Part shown: positions 18,857-28,427 of the stretch, in pieces
How positions within the stretch are numbered: position 1 is the first letter of the stretch
Layout of the letters: every line of letters begins with the position of its first letter
Origin: Geopsychrobacteraceae bacterium
Lineage (GTDB): Bacteria > Desulfobacterota > Desulfuromonadia > Desulfuromonadales > Geopsychrobacteraceae
Reading direction: 5' to 3'
Assembly: GCA_963662315.1 (NCBI GenBank)
Contig: OY759353.1
Span: 992,001-1,056,000 of the forward strand
Length of the DNA stretch: 64,000 bases
The notes under the pieces: model-generated
The model's input: the letters and a program-made list of their open reading frames with translations, nothing else
What the model was told of the DNA's origin: nothing
The model's database searches: none
Program-made: the position numbers and the translations under genes

Positions 18857-19942
18857 ATGAAATTTTCGGCCTATGCTGTGCGCCGGCTGCTGGTAGCCGG
18901 GCTAGGTTGTACTTTAACCCTTTTAACATTGATTCCCGCGACCGCCCTGGCCGGGGAACAGGAACAGCTTGACACATTAGCCGCCATGGCTAATAGCTCG
19001 CTGAACGCTGAGCTTGAGGACCTTAAGCAAAGTACCGCTGAATTAAACACGGCAATTATGCAATTGTGCAGCAGGCCGGATACTGAGCATTTAGAGCAGG
19101 CCCGACAGAACTGGCGCAAGGCATTTCTGGCGTTACGCCGGGCTGAACCCCTGAGACTGACAAAGGAGCTGAAAAAAACCCGTGAACTGACCCGGATCAC
19201 CAATGCTATTGTTCTTGACGCCGCATTAGCTGATGCACAGCTGGATGACCTGCTGGCTCAGAAGGACAGCCGCGGATATCTGGCCATAGAACAGATGCTG
19301 TTCGCCCCGCAGGACGCCGCCGCAGCAGCCACACCCAGACGCTGCGCTCATTTGCAGAAGACGGCAGCAGAAATAAACGCCTGGGCGCAGCAGGTGCTTG
19401 AACAGTGGCAGAACGAACTGGCACCAGGCCTGCGCAATGCCGGCGATGGCCAGCCCTACCTTACCGCGAATGAACCGCTGAACCTGCTCATGGCCGGTCT
19501 GCTGAACAGTAGCGAGTGGATGCTGCGTGACCGGATCAGCGTACCAAGTGGTTTTTTTGAAACTGCGGCAAAACCGGAACTGCTGGAGGGGGGCGTGAGC
19601 CACAGTACGGTTGACGCTTACAGTGCAACCATCGATGGCATGACTGCCGTTCTTGGTACTCCAGACAACCAGGCCGGCCTGCTTTACCTGGTAGCCACCC
19701 AGGACGGGCTAATATCAGCCAAAGACCCGGGACTGGCCGCAGACATTGTCGATCAGAGCAATGACATCAGGGAAGTTCTTGCGCACCTGCAAGGGGCAAA
19801 ACTCCCCCTTGTCGAAAGTTTGGCCATCAATAACAAGGTGCTCAAAAAACTGTACAAAGAAACCAATCAGCTGCAGAAGTTGCTGATCAAGGCATCCCTG
19901 GTGCTGGAACTGAATGTCACCGAACCGGCCAAGTTTGAATAA
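18857..19942 (+). CDS. Imelysin-family (peptidase M75/IrpA-like) iron-regulated protein
   Basis: Signal peptide, LEQARQNWRKA, RGYLAIEQMLF (GxxxxE motif); all-helical. Confidence 0.75.
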   Translation: MKFSAYAVRRLLVAGLGCTLTLLTLIPATALAGEQEQLDTLAAMANSSLNAELEDLKQSTAELNTAIMQLCSRPDTEHLEQARQNWRKAFLALRRAEPLRLTKELKKTRELTRITNAIVLDAALADAQLDDLLAQKDSRGYLAIEQMLFAPQDAAAAATPRRCAHLQKTAAEINAWAQQVLEQWQNELAPGLRNAGDGQPYLTANEPLNLLMAGLLNSSEWMLRDRISVPSGFFETAAKPELLEGGVSHSTVDAYSATIDGMTAVLGTPDNQAGLLYLVATQDGLISAKDPGLAADIVDQSNDIREVLAHLQGAKLPLVESLAINNKVLKKLYKETNQLQKLLIKASLVLELNVTEPAKFE

Positions 19943-19988
19943 GTTAAGCCCCTGGCCCATCTGTTTGCAGATGGGCCAGGGGCTTAAC
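19943..19988. terminator. Perfect 21-bp hairpin between convergent genes
   Basis: GTTAAGCCCCTGGCCCATCTG-tttg-CAGATGGGCCAGGGGCTTAAC. Confidence 0.8.
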
Positions 19989-20080
19989 ATTCATTGTGGT
20001 GATCGCTGGTTCAGGATCCCGACGCCGTGAACCTGAACCAGCGATTCCCTCCTCGTTTTATGCCTTCCGTCACAGAAAAA

Positions 20081-20410
20081 TCAGTGGCACGAACAGGTGG
20101 CGCAGCGGCCACAACATTTATGCTTGTGAGCACCAAGGGCTTTCCCCACAGCATGTTCAATGTCCGGCCAGTCCCACCGGCAATAAACGGCCTTAAGCCC
20201 CCGCTGGTCGACTTTTTCCTTAAATGCTTTTCCGGCGTCTGACTCCAAGTACTCCTCCCGGAGCACCACCAGGCCAATTTTTTCAGGAATCTCATCACCC
20301 GCCAGCAGTTCCGATGTCCCGTTCCAGTAAATAGTGTCTGCAACTCCCAACTCGGCCAGTCGTGGAAAATGAGAATCAGCGAGACCTGCTCCAACAATGA
20401 GTGCTGTCAT
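20081..20410 (-). CDS. DUF2325-like protein with Cys/His tail
   Basis: MTALIVGAG...LAELG...YWNG...IPEKIGLVV...VYCRWDW; ATGA-coupled to flavodoxin; ends HKHKCCGRCATCSCH. Confidence 0.7.
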   Translation of the reverse strand: MTALIVGAGLADSHFPRLAELGVADTIYWNGTSELLAGDEIPEKIGLVVLREEYLESDAGKAFKEKVDQRGLKAVYCRWDWPDIEHAVGKALGAHKHKCCGRCATCSCH

Positions 20411-20913
20411 AAATGGCCCTCCGCCTCCTCGGACACCTGGCGGATCCATGCTTCAATCCGCCCGGCAGTCAAATGGGATTGATTTTCGAAATCGAGGGCC
20501 AGGCCAAGAAACTGGTCCCCTTCTACAGCAGCCGATGCGGCATGATCGTAACCTGCGGTTGACCACTTGCCGATAATTGTTGCCCCGGCGGCCTCTGCCG
20601 CGTCATGAATCGGCCTGATACCATCAACAAAGGTATCAGCGAAAAGGGCCTGATCCCCCAGACCGAACAGCGCAACTTTCTTCCCCTTCAGATTAGCCTC
20701 GCTCAAATTTTGAAGGCTGGCACTCCAATCGTCCTGAAGGTCACCAAGTCCCCAAGTGGATGTTCCCAGCAGCAGCAGATCATAGTTTTCATAGTCTGCT
20801 GTAGCGACAGTTTCGACCTCATGTACCGTTGACCCAGCCATCAACCCGCCAATTTGCCTGGCGACAGTTTCGGTATTTCCAGTTGTGGATCCATAAACAA
20901 TTCCTGTTTTCAT
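20407..20913 (-). CDS. fldA: Long-chain flavodoxin
   Basis: YGSTTGNT, GTSTWGLGDLQDDW, ALFGLGDQ, FLGLALD. Confidence 0.95.
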   Translation of the reverse strand: MKTGIVYGSTTGNTETVARQIGGLMAGSTVHEVETVATADYENYDLLLLGTSTWGLGDLQDDWSASLQNLSEANLKGKKVALFGLGDQALFADTFVDGIRPIHDAAEAAGATIIGKWSTAGYDHAASAAVEGDQFLGLALDFENQSHLTAGRIEAWIRQVSEEAEGHL

Positions 20914-20963
20914 GCGTTATTCTCCAGACTGTGCAAGTACGGTGATTAAAATTATTCCGGATA

Positions 20964-20982
20964 GATAATGAAAAGCATTATC
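20964..20982. promoter_or_regulatory. Fur box
   Basis: GATAATGAAAAGCATTATC versus consensus GATAATGATAATCATTATC; upstream of flavodoxin. Confidence 0.85.
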
Positions 20983-21025
20983 AATTTAAAAGAATTCCAT
21001 TTCTTCTGCTGTGACCACGGTCACA
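20983..21025 (-). promoter_or_regulatory. CRP-type box plus -10 for flavodoxin 1
   Basis: Perfect TGTGA-N6-TCACA (21010-21025), 21 nt, then TAAATT. Confidence 0.75.
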
Positions 21026-21336
21026 GTAAGGCTTTCCTACTGATTTTTTTACTATCCGGATCAATCAGCCCGTTGTCGAGGCCGATGCATATTGAGCAGA
21101 AGGGTTATCCACCGGTCAATCAGGAAGCTTCAACCACAAAGGGGAAGGACCGTAACGACTGGAGATGGGAATAACACACCGCTGTTTCTGCCAGCGGCCC
21201 CCCCCCTTTACCTTGATTGTGGCGGTCATGGCTTCGACCGGGGGTAAATACAGGCTTACTGAAATTTTTCTGAGCATAGCGCGTCCATAACTATATGTGA
21301 TAGATCGCTGACTGTGCAGCGCCTGATGCGTAACCG

Positions 21337-21648
21337 TTACTTTTTCTTGGCTGCCGCACGCTTGGATGCTTTGAGCGGATTGACTTTCTGCGCCTGGACC
21401 TGACTGATCCCCAGCCATTCCTGACTCAGTTGCCCCTGCTCCGCCAGGAACTTCTCTTTATTTTCAACGCGCTGAAAAGCAATAATCAGCTCCCAACTGC
21501 CGTACTTCATCTGATCCGGGCTGATGGCGACATAGGGGATGTCCTTTCCCTCGAAATCCTGAAGGATATCGGCGACAGGACGGGTGCCCCTGAAGATGGT
21601 TTTGCTTTCATACTTAATGGCAATTCCCAAAATTGATTGTTCCTGCAT
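21337..21648 (-). CDS. Hypothetical protein
   Basis: GAGGAG RBS and protein-like composition; no family recognised. Confidence 0.6.
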   Translation of the reverse strand: MQEQSILGIAIKYESKTIFRGTRPVADILQDFEGKDIPYVAISPDQMKYGSWELIIAFQRVENKEKFLAEQGQLSQEWLGISQVQAQKVNPLKASKRAAAKKK

Positions 21649-21916
21649 AGTGATAAGATCTCCTCGCTTGAAATTAGGTTTTTTCGGTGCAGTATGCCGA
21701 GATATAGACCGTTACACACCAGGGAATTGAATTTCGTTTTCAAGTGCAACGGTGTACGCCTCCGCACAAGCCCTTGATTTTCTTGCCACAACGAAAAACA
21801 TCTCGTTTCTAATCTGAAAACTTCATTATTGCCATCCAGAGTTTCTGGATGGTACCCAAATAGATGGGTTCTTTCCGGAAAGGACCCTTTAGTCGTTTTC
21901 GTAAGAAATAGCTCTT

Positions 21917-22657
21917 TTACAGACAGATTGATGCACTGTTTTTGACCTCCAGACAAGAGCAATCACAATCATGCTGACCAAACTCATCCATCAACTTGTA
22001 TAAATGACCTATTGCGGAAATACTGACACAGCCCTTATGATAAGGAATTCCGTAACTTTTTGATAACTTGGTCAAGCAACGAGACAACGTTTCCCTGGCC
22101 ACACCCAACTCCTGAGCGGTTAAACTGATGGGGCGAAAATCAACAACTCCGCAGTGGAGGTTATCACGTTTCAGTCGATAGATAAGATACCCGACAGTCA
22201 ACAGCTCAACCCGGCAGCAACGCACAAGGGTTCGCATATGGCGCTCCTGCTCAACCTCTATGGCCATCAGTCTGAAGATGTTATCCATAATCGTTTTCTG
22301 ACTGAGCGCAATTGATTGAAAATCAGTATAATGCCAATATAAAAGTGACGATTTTGAAGTTCCGACAAAAGAACTTTCACAATAATGTTCTGTCATCAAC
22401 GATGAAAAACAGAAGAAATCCCCCGGGAAAAGTCGCCTGACCAGCAGATCCTGACCATCCGGAGCCTGTTTATACATGCGCATCTCACCACCGATAACAC
22501 AATGTACTTTTCGCGTGAGGTCATCCCCCTCAAGACGTTGCCAGCGCCCTTTCATAACGTATTTTCGGCCACTGCGGATCAGAGCCTGAATCACTGTCTC
22601 TTCGGCATCCCTGAGTAACAGGGATTGTTGAAGAGCATCTCTAACTGTTGATAACAT
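21917..22657 (-). CDS. Crp/Fnr-family transcriptional regulator, Cys-rich
   Basis: cNMP-like barrel (GEMRMYKQAPDGQDLLVRRLFPGDFF) and HTH AQELGVARETLSR; CC and CDCSC clusters. Confidence 0.85.
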   Translation of the reverse strand: MLSTVRDALQQSLLLRDAEETVIQALIRSGRKYVMKGRWQRLEGDDLTRKVHCVIGGEMRMYKQAPDGQDLLVRRLFPGDFFCFSSLMTEHYCESSFVGTSKSSLLYWHYTDFQSIALSQKTIMDNIFRLMAIEVEQERHMRTLVRCCRVELLTVGYLIYRLKRDNLHCGVVDFRPISLTAQELGVARETLSRCLTKLSKSYGIPYHKGCVSISAIGHLYKLMDEFGQHDCDCSCLEVKNSASICL

Positions 22658-22707
22658 AAAGCAATTCTTTCTATTAAATGCTGATTATGGCAGTCGTGAG
22701 GATTTAT

Positions 22708-23313
22708 TCAAACCACACGAAGGTAGCCACGAGATGGTCGGTACTGCTGATACTGGCATGAAATACTTGTCGAACGGGTATATTCCTTTTTAATTTCAAG
22801 GCCTTTACCCCTAACTTGATGTTGCAAAACCAGCATCCAAAGCTGTAATCGATGTTGAGTTAATTTGCGTTGATTCACTTCGTCGATAGCCAGACCAACA
22901 AAGTTGTTCTTTTGCAAAGCGGCTGAAGACTGAAAGTGGTAGCCGGCGTTGGTCCAACTACCAATATGCCTAGCTCCTGTCTCCTGCGCAGCATCAAAAA
23001 GAGCTCTCATGCCATCCACAAAGGTAGCCCCGTGACCAATCTGGTCACCAAGACCAAACAACGCAAAATCCCGACCACGGAGATTGGCCTGACGCAGACA
23101 TTCGATAGAATCGAGCCAGTATTCATGTAAATCTCCGCTACCGACCGTAGGTGTTCCCATAATGAGAAGATCATGGGCCTCCAAATCAGCGCGGGTCACT
23201 TTTTGAGCTTCAAATAAGTGAACGTCAGTGATCATTGCCGCCATCTGTCGGGCAACGCGATAAGTAGTGCCATCCGGCAGAGAACTGCCCGCATATACAA
23301 TGGCCGTTTTCAT
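22708..23313 (-). CDS. Divergent second flavodoxin with C-terminal extension
   Basis: GTPTVGSGDL, ALFGLGDQ, FVGLAID; altered phosphate loop AGSSLPDGTT; ATG 23313 follows GGAGG. Confidence 0.85.
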   Translation of the reverse strand: MKTAIVYAGSSLPDGTTYRVARQMAAMITDVHLFEAQKVTRADLEAHDLLIMGTPTVGSGDLHEYWLDSIECLRQANLRGRDFALFGLGDQIGHGATFVDGMRALFDAAQETGARHIGSWTNAGYHFQSSAALQKNNFVGLAIDEVNQRKLTQHRLQLWMLVLQHQVRGKGLEIKKEYTRSTSISCQYQQYRPSRGYLRVV

Positions 23314-23342
23314 TGAGATTCCTCCTGACTCCAACCATTAAT

Positions 23343-23399
23343 GATAATGAGTTTCATTTTTACCATCAATATCACTCAAATTATGTGACTTCAGGCACA
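23343..23399 (-). promoter_or_regulatory. Fur-like box and CRP-type box upstream of the flavodoxin 2-crp operon
   Basis: GATAATGAGTTTCATTTTT (23343-23361) and TGTGA-cttcag-GCACA (23384-23399). Confidence 0.65.
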
Positions 23400-23463
23400 T
23401 TAACGAAATTTTTAATGAAATTTTGAAGATCTGACTATCTTCTGTCTCCCCCATAACCATTCG

Positions 23464-23655
23464 CTAAGCGGAGAAGAGACCGGGGATGGGAATATTGATC
23501 AGGGTCGACTTACCAATACCGTTCTTTCCCTATAGACCGAACACAGTCCCGGTCCGAACTTCAAGAGATCCCCTCTGGTAATTAGTTTTGCGCCCGTAAC
23601 TGTAGTAAAGATCTCGGATTGTAACGACCGCACCAGGATCAGGATTGGGACTCAT
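23464..23655 (-). pseudogene. ABC-transporter ATPase N-terminal remnant
   Basis: MSPNPD...VTIRDLYYSYG...GTVFGL*GKNGIGKSTLINI: Walker A directly after an in-frame TAG, then truncated. Confidence 0.75.
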
Positions 23656-23791
23656 CTTTGGAATCTTTTTGTTGTGTCGAAGACGCAGGGCAGCTTTTAG
23701 TTCCACAGCTGCAACCACGATTTTTAAACAGTTTGCGGTATAGGTAGAAAAGAGCAATAAAGAAAATAGCAGTGAGAAATAGTTCTTCCAT
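23639..23791 (-). CDS. FeoB-associated Cys-rich small membrane protein (50 aa, absent from ORF track)
   Basis: MEELFLTAIFFIALFYLYRKLFKNRGCSCGTKSCPASS...; TM helix plus GCSCG..SC. Confidence 0.8.
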   Translation of the reverse strand: MEELFLTAIFFIALFYLYRKLFKNRGCSCGTKSCPASSTQQKDSKDESQS

Positions 23792-23844
23792 AAGCAGCTT
23801 TCCAAAAACTCCGGACCGACTTGCGCCGGTCCGGAAGCAGTGAT

Positions 23845-24663
23845 CTATTTCATATCTTTGGCCTGAACCCAGATAACAGCATCCTGGCTCAGTTCCTTAC
23901 CTTTGTATTCGGTATCACTACCGGCACCAAGTGCGCAGAAGCCCCACCACCCAGCTTTAGGAATACCAAAGGTAAACTTGCCATCCTGATCAGCTTTAAT
24001 GCCCATGGTGATGAAGCTGTCCTGAGGGGCGTCAACATAGGAAGAACCTGTAGCATTAGCAGCCAGATCAACGTCGCGATTCAGGTACTCAACTTCCAAT
24101 TCAGCAAATGGTACGGGCTTACCGTTACTCATAACGATACCGGTAAAAGTGGAACCGGCCCAGATAGCATATGGCTTGGTCAATGGTACGATTTCAGCTT
24201 TTAACCCAAGAGTCGCATCCCAATCGGTGGGCGCACCGGCAACGTTAACGATCATCTTGGTAATCTGCTGAATGTAAGCATCTTCGTTAGCTTCAAAATA
24301 TGGAGCAGGTTGAAGAATAAACAGATGATCACCCATTTTTTGGGCTTTATATGTAGATGAGAAAGCAGCTCCGGAATTATGATGGCCTTTAAAAGTGATC
24401 GGTTTCAGAGTACTGAGCAGATCTTTTTTCTTCTCTTTGTTAATCACATAAAATTCTTCTACTGCTGCCAGCTTATCAGTATCGTGTTGTTTACCCATAT
24501 CCATGGTGTGCTCATCAGCAAAGGGATGGGTGAAGACTTCGCGCAGTTCGATCTTCTGGCCTTTATTCAGGGCCGATTCAGGGGTGTACAGCATCTGGAA
24601 GTGAGCAGACGCATTACCTGCGATAAGAGCTGCAGCCACAGTCAAAATTGCAATTTTTGTCAT
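23845..24663 (-). CDS. DUF4198 (NikM-like) periplasmic metal-binding protein
   Basis: ASA|HFQMLY, FTHPF, AEIVPLTKPY, NGKPVPFAELEVEY, GWWGF; ATG 24663 follows GGAGG. Confidence 0.9.
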   Translation of the reverse strand: MTKIAILTVAAALIAGNASAHFQMLYTPESALNKGQKIELREVFTHPFADEHTMDMGKQHDTDKLAAVEEFYVINKEKKKDLLSTLKPITFKGHHNSGAAFSSTYKAQKMGDHLFILQPAPYFEANEDAYIQQITKMIVNVAGAPTDWDATLGLKAEIVPLTKPYAIWAGSTFTGIVMSNGKPVPFAELEVEYLNRDVDLAANATGSSYVDAPQDSFITMGIKADQDGKFTFGIPKAGWWGFCALGAGSDTEYKGKELSQDAVIWVQAKDMK

Positions 24664-24694
24664 GTTTTTCTTTCCTCCCTGGAAATTTTTGGTT

Positions 24695-25003
24695 TTATTC
24701 AACAATATCCTTGCCATCAACGTAGACCTTGTGTCCTTCTCCGGCATCAAAGACGGCCTGGTAATCACCAGCCGGTTTTTTAAAATTTACTTCGCTGAAC
24801 TCACTCATTTTCGTTTCAACGATTTTGTTGCCATTGACTTCAACATAAAATTTGACACCGCTGGCGCTACTGCCATCACTGAACCCGCCTTCGCAGGTTA
24901 CAGTTCCGTCACCTTCGTCGAAACATGACATAAGCGCGCTATGAGCTGAAGCGTTGCTAACAACAAACAGACTGATAACAAGGCTTAATACTATCCTTTT
25001 CAT
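24695..25003 (-). CDS. Small secreted protein with N-terminal His (paralog of 28117-28425)
   Basis: ASA|HSALMSCFDEGDGTVTCEGGFSDGSSA...VFDAGEGH. Confidence 0.85.
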   Translation of the reverse strand: MKRIVLSLVISLFVVSNASAHSALMSCFDEGDGTVTCEGGFSDGSSASGVKFYVEVNGNKIVETKMSEFSEVNFKKPAGDYQAVFDAGEGHKVYVDGKDIVE

Positions 25004-25162
25004 AATGACCTCTTTTTTCTAGTAAGTTGGTTAGTTGCTATTCGATGATTCGAATTAACAACGAATATGTTTCTGATTTGGAAAGATGAAAAATTTTCCC
25101 CAGACTCAAGAAATCAAGCATTTACGCCGAGCTAGTGAAAATTGGCGCCTTTCGGACAGAAA

Positions 25163-27598
25163 CTAATTGGTGCGACTGGCCTGCCAGCCAAACTGCTTGG
25201 ATTTAATTATTCCCAGCACTAATGCCATTAAAACAGTGACCACGTAAAAGTTCCGCATCAGTTCCAGGCCGTTCCAGCCGAAGTTAACCGCCAGGGAAAA
25301 AAACAAGGCGGAAACAGCGATTCCTAAGGACATAGGGAAGCCGATGGCAAACAGCATCCAACGATAGGAATTGGCCTGTATCTTGACGACCACCATCGTG
25401 GCGATACAAGGTGGTGTCAGAATCATAAAAATAAGCATTGACGCCGCATGGATCGGAGTATAAGCACCGTCCTGAGCCATTGATTCTTCTGGCGTAAGTT
25501 CGGTTTTCCCCTGTTCATAAATAGAACCTAGAGTGGCAACGGCACTTTCACGGGCAGCAAAAGAACTCAGAAACGCCACATTGATCCGCCAATCGAAACC
25601 ACAGAATTGGCTGACTGGCTCCAGAGCCCGACCAAGCATGCCCAGGAACGAGTTGGTTATCTTTTCATTTTTGATATCCATCTGCAGCTGCTTGTTGGTT
25701 TTGGACAAACGCCGCAACTCACGATTAAGTTTTTCCGCTTCAGGATTATCCGGGCGAACAAGGGCAAACAATGTCGGAGAAGCCTGCTGGAATTTCTGGT
25801 CAAGGGCTGCGACAGCTTCTTTAGAACCAGCGAGCATGCGATGGGCTTTATAATCATCGTAGAGATTAACCAGTTGCCCTAACTCTGCAGGCTCATCAAT
25901 CGCATCCGCGTAACTGGTGCCACCAGCTTTTTTGGCAAAAGCGCTCATGGCGGCATCAGCACGGCTACTGAATTGTGTCATTTTTTCATCAGCAACACCT
26001 GGATACTGGAGCAGCACAAAAAGAATGACAGCGACAGCCATAACGACAGTGACAACTTTTTTAACGTAAACCCAAACCCGCTGAGTCGCCCTTAGAGCCA
26101 CACCCTTAAAAGTCGGCAGATGGTAGGTGGGCAGTTCCATAACAAAGGGAGCGGTCTCTCGATTGACCAGAACCGTAGCAGTCAGCAGCCGCGCAACGAT
26201 CAAAGCAATAAAGAGCGTTACCGTTGAGATGAAAAACATCATCAAAGCCATTTCTGTTTTAAAAAAAGCACCTAGTAACAAAGTATAAAAGGGAACCTTG
26301 GCAAGACAGTTCATGTAAGGAACTGTCAGGATGGTGGCCAGCCGGGCCCGGTCATCAGCTATGCCCTTAGTGGCCATAATTCCCGGCACTGCACAACCAC
26401 CCACAAAGGCACCACCAAGCACTAAAGGCAGGGTTGATTGCCCATGCAGACCGTAGCGCTTGAAAACGCGGTCAAGAATAAATGCCATGCGTGGCATGTA
26501 ACCGACATCTTCAAGAATGGCGATTAAGGCAAACAGAATAAAAAAGATCGGGACATAATTGAGTAGAGCAATAACACTGTTGGTCATCCAGATCCCAAAG
26601 TCGGTTACCAACGGAACATCGACAAAGGCTCCTGATGGAAGAAAGGAAAGGATCTTATTTTTCAATGCGGCAAGGAATGGCCAGGTATAGTCAGTAAGTT
26701 TGTAGCCCCAGACAATAGCCAGTTCATAAATCAGATAGATCACCAGCCCAAGAACTGGAAAAGCAAACCACCGATTAAGAAGCACGCGATCAATGCGAGC
26801 TGTAAAGGTATCCTGCTTGACACTCTTTTCATCGACCACTTTATGGTAAAGGATATGGGCGTTGTCATAGCGTAATCCGGCAATGGCCTGATCAATATCC
26901 AGATCATGAATAGCATGAATTCTTCGGGTCAGGTCTTTGATTGTTTCAGCACTAACTCCGGTGCGTTCAAGAACGCTCTGATCCCCTTCAAGGCATTTGA
27001 CTGCCAGCCAACGCTGACAAACTTCGGCATTAATGTCGATCTGATCGCCAAGCTCCTTGATATAGGGTTCGAGTTCACCGTAATTGAGCCGAAAAGGTTC
27101 AGTGATACGTTCTTTTGATGCGGAAATGACGGCATCAAGCAACTCGGCTTTGCCTAATTTTTTTGCCCCGACAGTTTTTACCGTACGAACATTGATGAGC
27201 TCCTGCAGACGCGTATCAGAAACAACCAAACCGCGACCTTCGGCAATATCCATCATATTAAGGACAACGATAACCGGCTTACCCAACTCTAGTAACTGGA
27301 GGGTCAGCAACAAGCTGCGACGTAGGCATGAGCTGTCGACAACATTGATAATGACATCAATTTCACTATCAATAAGAAAGTCTTTGGCAACCTTCTCTTC
27401 CAGAGAATAGGTACTAAAGGAATAGGTTCCGGGCAAATCCACCAGTTCGATAGACTGGCCCTTATACTTCAGGCTTGCTGTTTTCTTATCAACGGTGACG
27501 CCGGGATAGTTGGCGACGTGCTGGTTAACCCCCGCCAGCATATTAAAAATTGTTGATTTGCCACAATTTGGCTGCCCTGCCAGTGCTGCTCTTATCAT
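25163..27598 (-). CDS. feoB: Ferrous iron transporter FeoB
   Basis: GQPNCGKST, NYPGVTVD, DLPGTYS, NMMD, LEDVGYMPR, FVMELPTYHLP, PPC. Confidence 0.97.
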   Translation of the reverse strand: MIRAALAGQPNCGKSTIFNMLAGVNQHVANYPGVTVDKKTASLKYKGQSIELVDLPGTYSFSTYSLEEKVAKDFLIDSEIDVIINVVDSSCLRRSLLLTLQLLELGKPVIVVLNMMDIAEGRGLVVSDTRLQELINVRTVKTVGAKKLGKAELLDAVISASKERITEPFRLNYGELEPYIKELGDQIDINAEVCQRWLAVKCLEGDQSVLERTGVSAETIKDLTRRIHAIHDLDIDQAIAGLRYDNAHILYHKVVDEKSVKQDTFTARIDRVLLNRWFAFPVLGLVIYLIYELAIVWGYKLTDYTWPFLAALKNKILSFLPSGAFVDVPLVTDFGIWMTNSVIALLNYVPIFFILFALIAILEDVGYMPRMAFILDRVFKRYGLHGQSTLPLVLGGAFVGGCAVPGIMATKGIADDRARLATILTVPYMNCLAKVPFYTLLLGAFFKTEMALMMFFISTVTLFIALIVARLLTATVLVNRETAPFVMELPTYHLPTFKGVALRATQRVWVYVKKVVTVVMAVAVILFVLLQYPGVADEKMTQFSSRADAAMSAFAKKAGGTSYADAIDEPAELGQLVNLYDDYKAHRMLAGSKEAVAALDQKFQQASPTLFALVRPDNPEAEKLNRELRRLSKTNKQLQMDIKNEKITNSFLGMLGRALEPVSQFCGFDWRINVAFLSSFAARESAVATLGSIYEQGKTELTPEESMAQDGAYTPIHAASMLIFMILTPPCIATMVVVKIQANSYRWMLFAIGFPMSLGIAVSALFFSLAVNFGWNGLELMRNFYVVTVLMALVLGIIKSKQFGWQASRTN

Positions 27599-27855
27599 AC
27601 TGGGTCGACCTCAATCAGTGCAGCTTCGGCACGACGCAGGGAAATCAGATAATTGTGAATGGTTATTTCAAGAGGATCCTTCAATGGTGCACTTCTGACC
27701 ATCATGACCTCCACCCCAGGAACAAAGCCCATATTTATCAATTTGGCTTTCAACGGCCCCTTCGCCCGGCAAGCCCGGATAAAAGCCCGTTGATTTTTGC
27801 TCAGCTCAGATAAAGACATAACCTGCTGAGGTTGTTTTAATGCACACTCGTTCAT
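27595..27855 (-). CDS. feoA: Ferrous iron transport protein FeoA
   Basis: KLINMGFVPG, APLKDPLE, SLRRAEA; ATGA-coupled to feoB. Confidence 0.95.
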   Translation of the reverse strand: MNECALKQPQQVMSLSELSKNQRAFIRACRAKGPLKAKLINMGFVPGVEVMMVRSAPLKDPLEITIHNYLISLRRAEAALIEVDPV

Positions 27856-27900
27856 AAAGTGACCTTTCTTACTAAAAGAGATTTGCTGTGACAGAGGAGA

Positions 27901-27943
27901 ATTATGCAGAAGGAAAAGTTATAGTTCTGTGACTCAGATCACT
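27901..27943 (-). promoter_or_regulatory. CRP-type box plus -10 for feoAB
   Basis: Minus strand AGTGA-tctgag-TCACA, 21 nt, then CATAAT. Confidence 0.7.
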
Positions 27944-28116
27944 GATCTTGAAATTATTTTTAAAAATCAATTTCACTTAGCGCACGGGCGATTAATGAAT
28001 GGATTTCTTTACAGAAAATATATTCATAAAGATTGATTTTAAGAATGGACAAACAAAATCAGACAGGCTTACTTCTATGCCTTTATGTTAGAAGTAAACC
28101 TGCGATCAAAACAAAA

Positions 28117-28425
28117 TTACTCAAATATATCTTTCCCGAAAACTGTCACCTGGTGCCCCGGACCAGCATCAAAAACGACCTTGTAATCTCCATCGGGTTT
28201 GGAAAAGACGAACTCCCCTTCTTTAGATATTTTCCCACGGATAAGAGTTTTATCATCAAGTTGACGAACAAAAATCCGCACTCCAACTGCGGAGGATCCG
28301 TCGGAAAAACCACCCTCGCAAGACACAGTTCCATCGCCATTATCAAAGCAGGAACACAAGGCAGAATGGGCACTTGCCCACGACGGAATCAAGAGAAGAA
28401 AACACACAATAATGATCTTCTTCAT
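28117..28425 (-). CDS. Small secreted protein with N-terminal His (paralog of 24695-25003)
   Basis: ASA|HSALCSCFDNGDGTVSCEGGFSDGSSA...VFDAGPGH. Confidence 0.85.
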   Translation of the reverse strand: MKKIIIVCFLLLIPSWASAHSALCSCFDNGDGTVSCEGGFSDGSSAVGVRIFVRQLDDKTLIRGKISKEGEFVFSKPDGDYKVVFDAGPGHQVTVFGKDIFE

Positions 28426-28427
28426 GA

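Noticed and set aside
23530..23805. 91-aa ORF as a real gene
   Set aside because: It is a chimera of an off-frame reading of the Cys-rich microprotein and the ABC pseudogene.
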